Part shown: piece after piece, positions 62,501 to 64,000 of the stretch
How positions within the stretch are numbered: position 1 is the stretch's first letter
How the letters are laid out: the number at the start of each line of letters is the position of its first letter
Assembly (NCBI GenBank): GCA_019828565.1
Contig: JAHDYR010000007.1
Coordinates: forward strand, 382,373 to 446,372
Direction of reading: 5' to 3'
Source: Carpediemonas membranifera BICM
Taxonomy: Eukaryota; Protista; Fornicata
Length of the DNA stretch: 64,000 nt
The notes under the pieces: model-generated
Database searches by the model: none
Seen by the model: the letters and a program-made list of their open reading frames with translations, nothing else
What the model was told of the DNA's origin: nothing
Position numbers and translations under genes: made by a program

Positions 62501-64000
62501 CCACAACATCAACTTAGCCGTGGCTGACGGGGCTCTCGATACAATGTTGCTCAGCCTCTCCGACGAGGACCTCGAATCCCTCTCGCAGGGCCGCGGTGAC
62601 GTCGTGGCGAGGGTCATGAGCGCGTACACGGCGGTGGCGTCGTATGACAACTTCATGCTGACCATGGCTGACGCAGACCTCCTCTTCTTCGCACGGACGA
62701 CGCCAGTGGAGCTCCCACAACGGCATAAGTACCTCGTGGCCCACCCCTGGGAGATCTCGGCCATGATCGCCCAGGCCTTCGCCTCCTTGGCGTCCAACCC
62801 GGTCAGCACGGTCGTGAGTCGCACCGAGGCACTCTCTATCGCCACGCGGTCCCAGCTAGAGATCCGAGACAACGCGCTGGACGTATTCACTACAGTGGTG
62901 GAGGCGCTGTGCGGGTCAGCCCGCCTTGCCGTCGTCACAATGGTGCTTGTTGACGCGCTGTGCACCGTGGCGGTCGGCGTTGTCCAGCTCAGCGTCATCT
63001 GCATCATGGGATACTGGATCGTACTCCGCGGGTTCAGCACCGAGATCAGGGTGTGTGACGCGGCGCTGTCCGATTGTCTCGCCGTCTCCAGGGCCCAGGT
63101 CCGTCGCCAGATGCGGCTCATTGACGTCGCCAAGTCGAAGTTCAAAGATATCGACTTCGACCTCGGCTTTGCCGGGGAGATCATGGACAACGACGACTTC
63201 GAGGCCAACGCCCTGATCCTCCAGAGCCCCCGCGGCCAACAGTCTGACACGCCGCGGCGCGTGGCCCCGCAGGCGACGTTCCAGATCCCCGAGGAGACGA
63301 GCGACGTCGACCTCACTGAGGAGGGCCAGGACCTCGCCGAGTGCCTCCCCCGCCCCGCATACGACGACGTCGCGGACATCCCCGAGACGGATTCGGACCT
63401 TCACTTCGACGTCGTCCCGGTCGGCTTGATGGCGTCCTCGATGACGTCTTCATCAACTGATGACCTCCAGACGATCGGGGACGACTCTGACTCGGGTTGG
63501 GCGATGCCCTCGCTCGGCTTCAAGGGGATTCGGCACAGTGGGAGCAACAACAGCAACACGACGAGCTCGACGAGAACCACTCCCACCCCAACTGCGGCCC
63601 TGCAGGCGTTCCTGGCCATGATCGCCCAGCTCTCGGCCCGGGGCAAGCCCTCACTGCTGCCCAAGGGTAAGCGCCACAAAAAGAGGGGGCCAAAGCTTCC
63701 GACCACAGCGTCCAGAGCGATTGACCTTCTCAGTATGGCCGCGGGCGTGCTGCTGGTGCTCTGCCTGACAGGTCTCATCGTCATGAACCTCTACGGCCTG
63801 CAGACCTTCGTGTTCAACGATATCGTCGTTGAAAAGGACCTCCAGTTCAGCACGATGAGGTTCATCAAGGAACGCGGCTGTCTGTTGTACGACGCCACCA
63901 ACTTTGCTGTGACGGGGTCGCTCCAGAGCTTCGCGGAGTTCGACTCGGCCAATGTCGGAGACCTAGCAGCCGAGCCGCCCGCGGAGTTCCAGTACCTGCA
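59566..64000 (+). CDS. PocR-domain multi-pass membrane protein of the TmcB/TmcC-like family (3'-truncated; 5' end may extend to ~59454)
   Basis: 32-nt intron at 59661-59692 leads into a frame in which I found no stop before the window end; PocR motif TLFDLGKLQ...STLCTNYVRSTELGGSRCAVSD...PCHTGALTD...FLIGGV; TM bundle at ~60550-61430; helical region KFWPML...LYNRLVSRYGDNPTVREWYILFLDSV; further TMs follow. Confidence 0.8.

Overview
This is gene-dense eukaryotic nuclear DNA, GC-rich in coding regions, from a flagellated and probably anaerobic protist. Short intergenic spacers, 28-32 nt spliceosomal introns, an RCC1-like gene and a TmcB-like gene are compatible with a Carpediemonas-like fornicate; this host assignment is inference. 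About 45 genes are supportable. Housekeeping genes include RPB1, Rpn2, Sec5, SAS-4/CPAP, CFAP69, GCN5, YEATS, Swc5/BCNT, a PAK kinase, Sec14, EI24 and a deoxynucleoside kinase. A metabolic block holds a rhodanese/MPST, serC, an OPA-family MFS transporter and pepD. Five observations stand out. (1) There is a set of microprotein genes below the ORF-track cutoff, including ~50-aa MG[NQ]...G-x-F* peptides with conserved ends and a variable core. (2) Two eukaryotic receptors carry bacterial-type PocR sensor domains: a hybrid histidine kinase and a PocR-TmcB-like membrane protein. The second sits head-to-head with a five-module fused Fe-S flavoprotein amine dehydrogenase, across a spacer containing operator-like palindromes. 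(3) Some splicing looks non-canonical: a GT-AT intron beside the RPB1 catalytic motif, and a 27-nt insertion in an exonuclease gene that is a canonical GT-AG intron only on the antisense strand. (4) An exact 24-nt repeat forms the 3' arm of two hairpins. (5) There is a minimal IFI27/ISG12-like protein. A few frameshifts look like assembly errors, so single-base anomalies need read-level confirmation. I recognised no rRNA, tRNA or CRISPR array.
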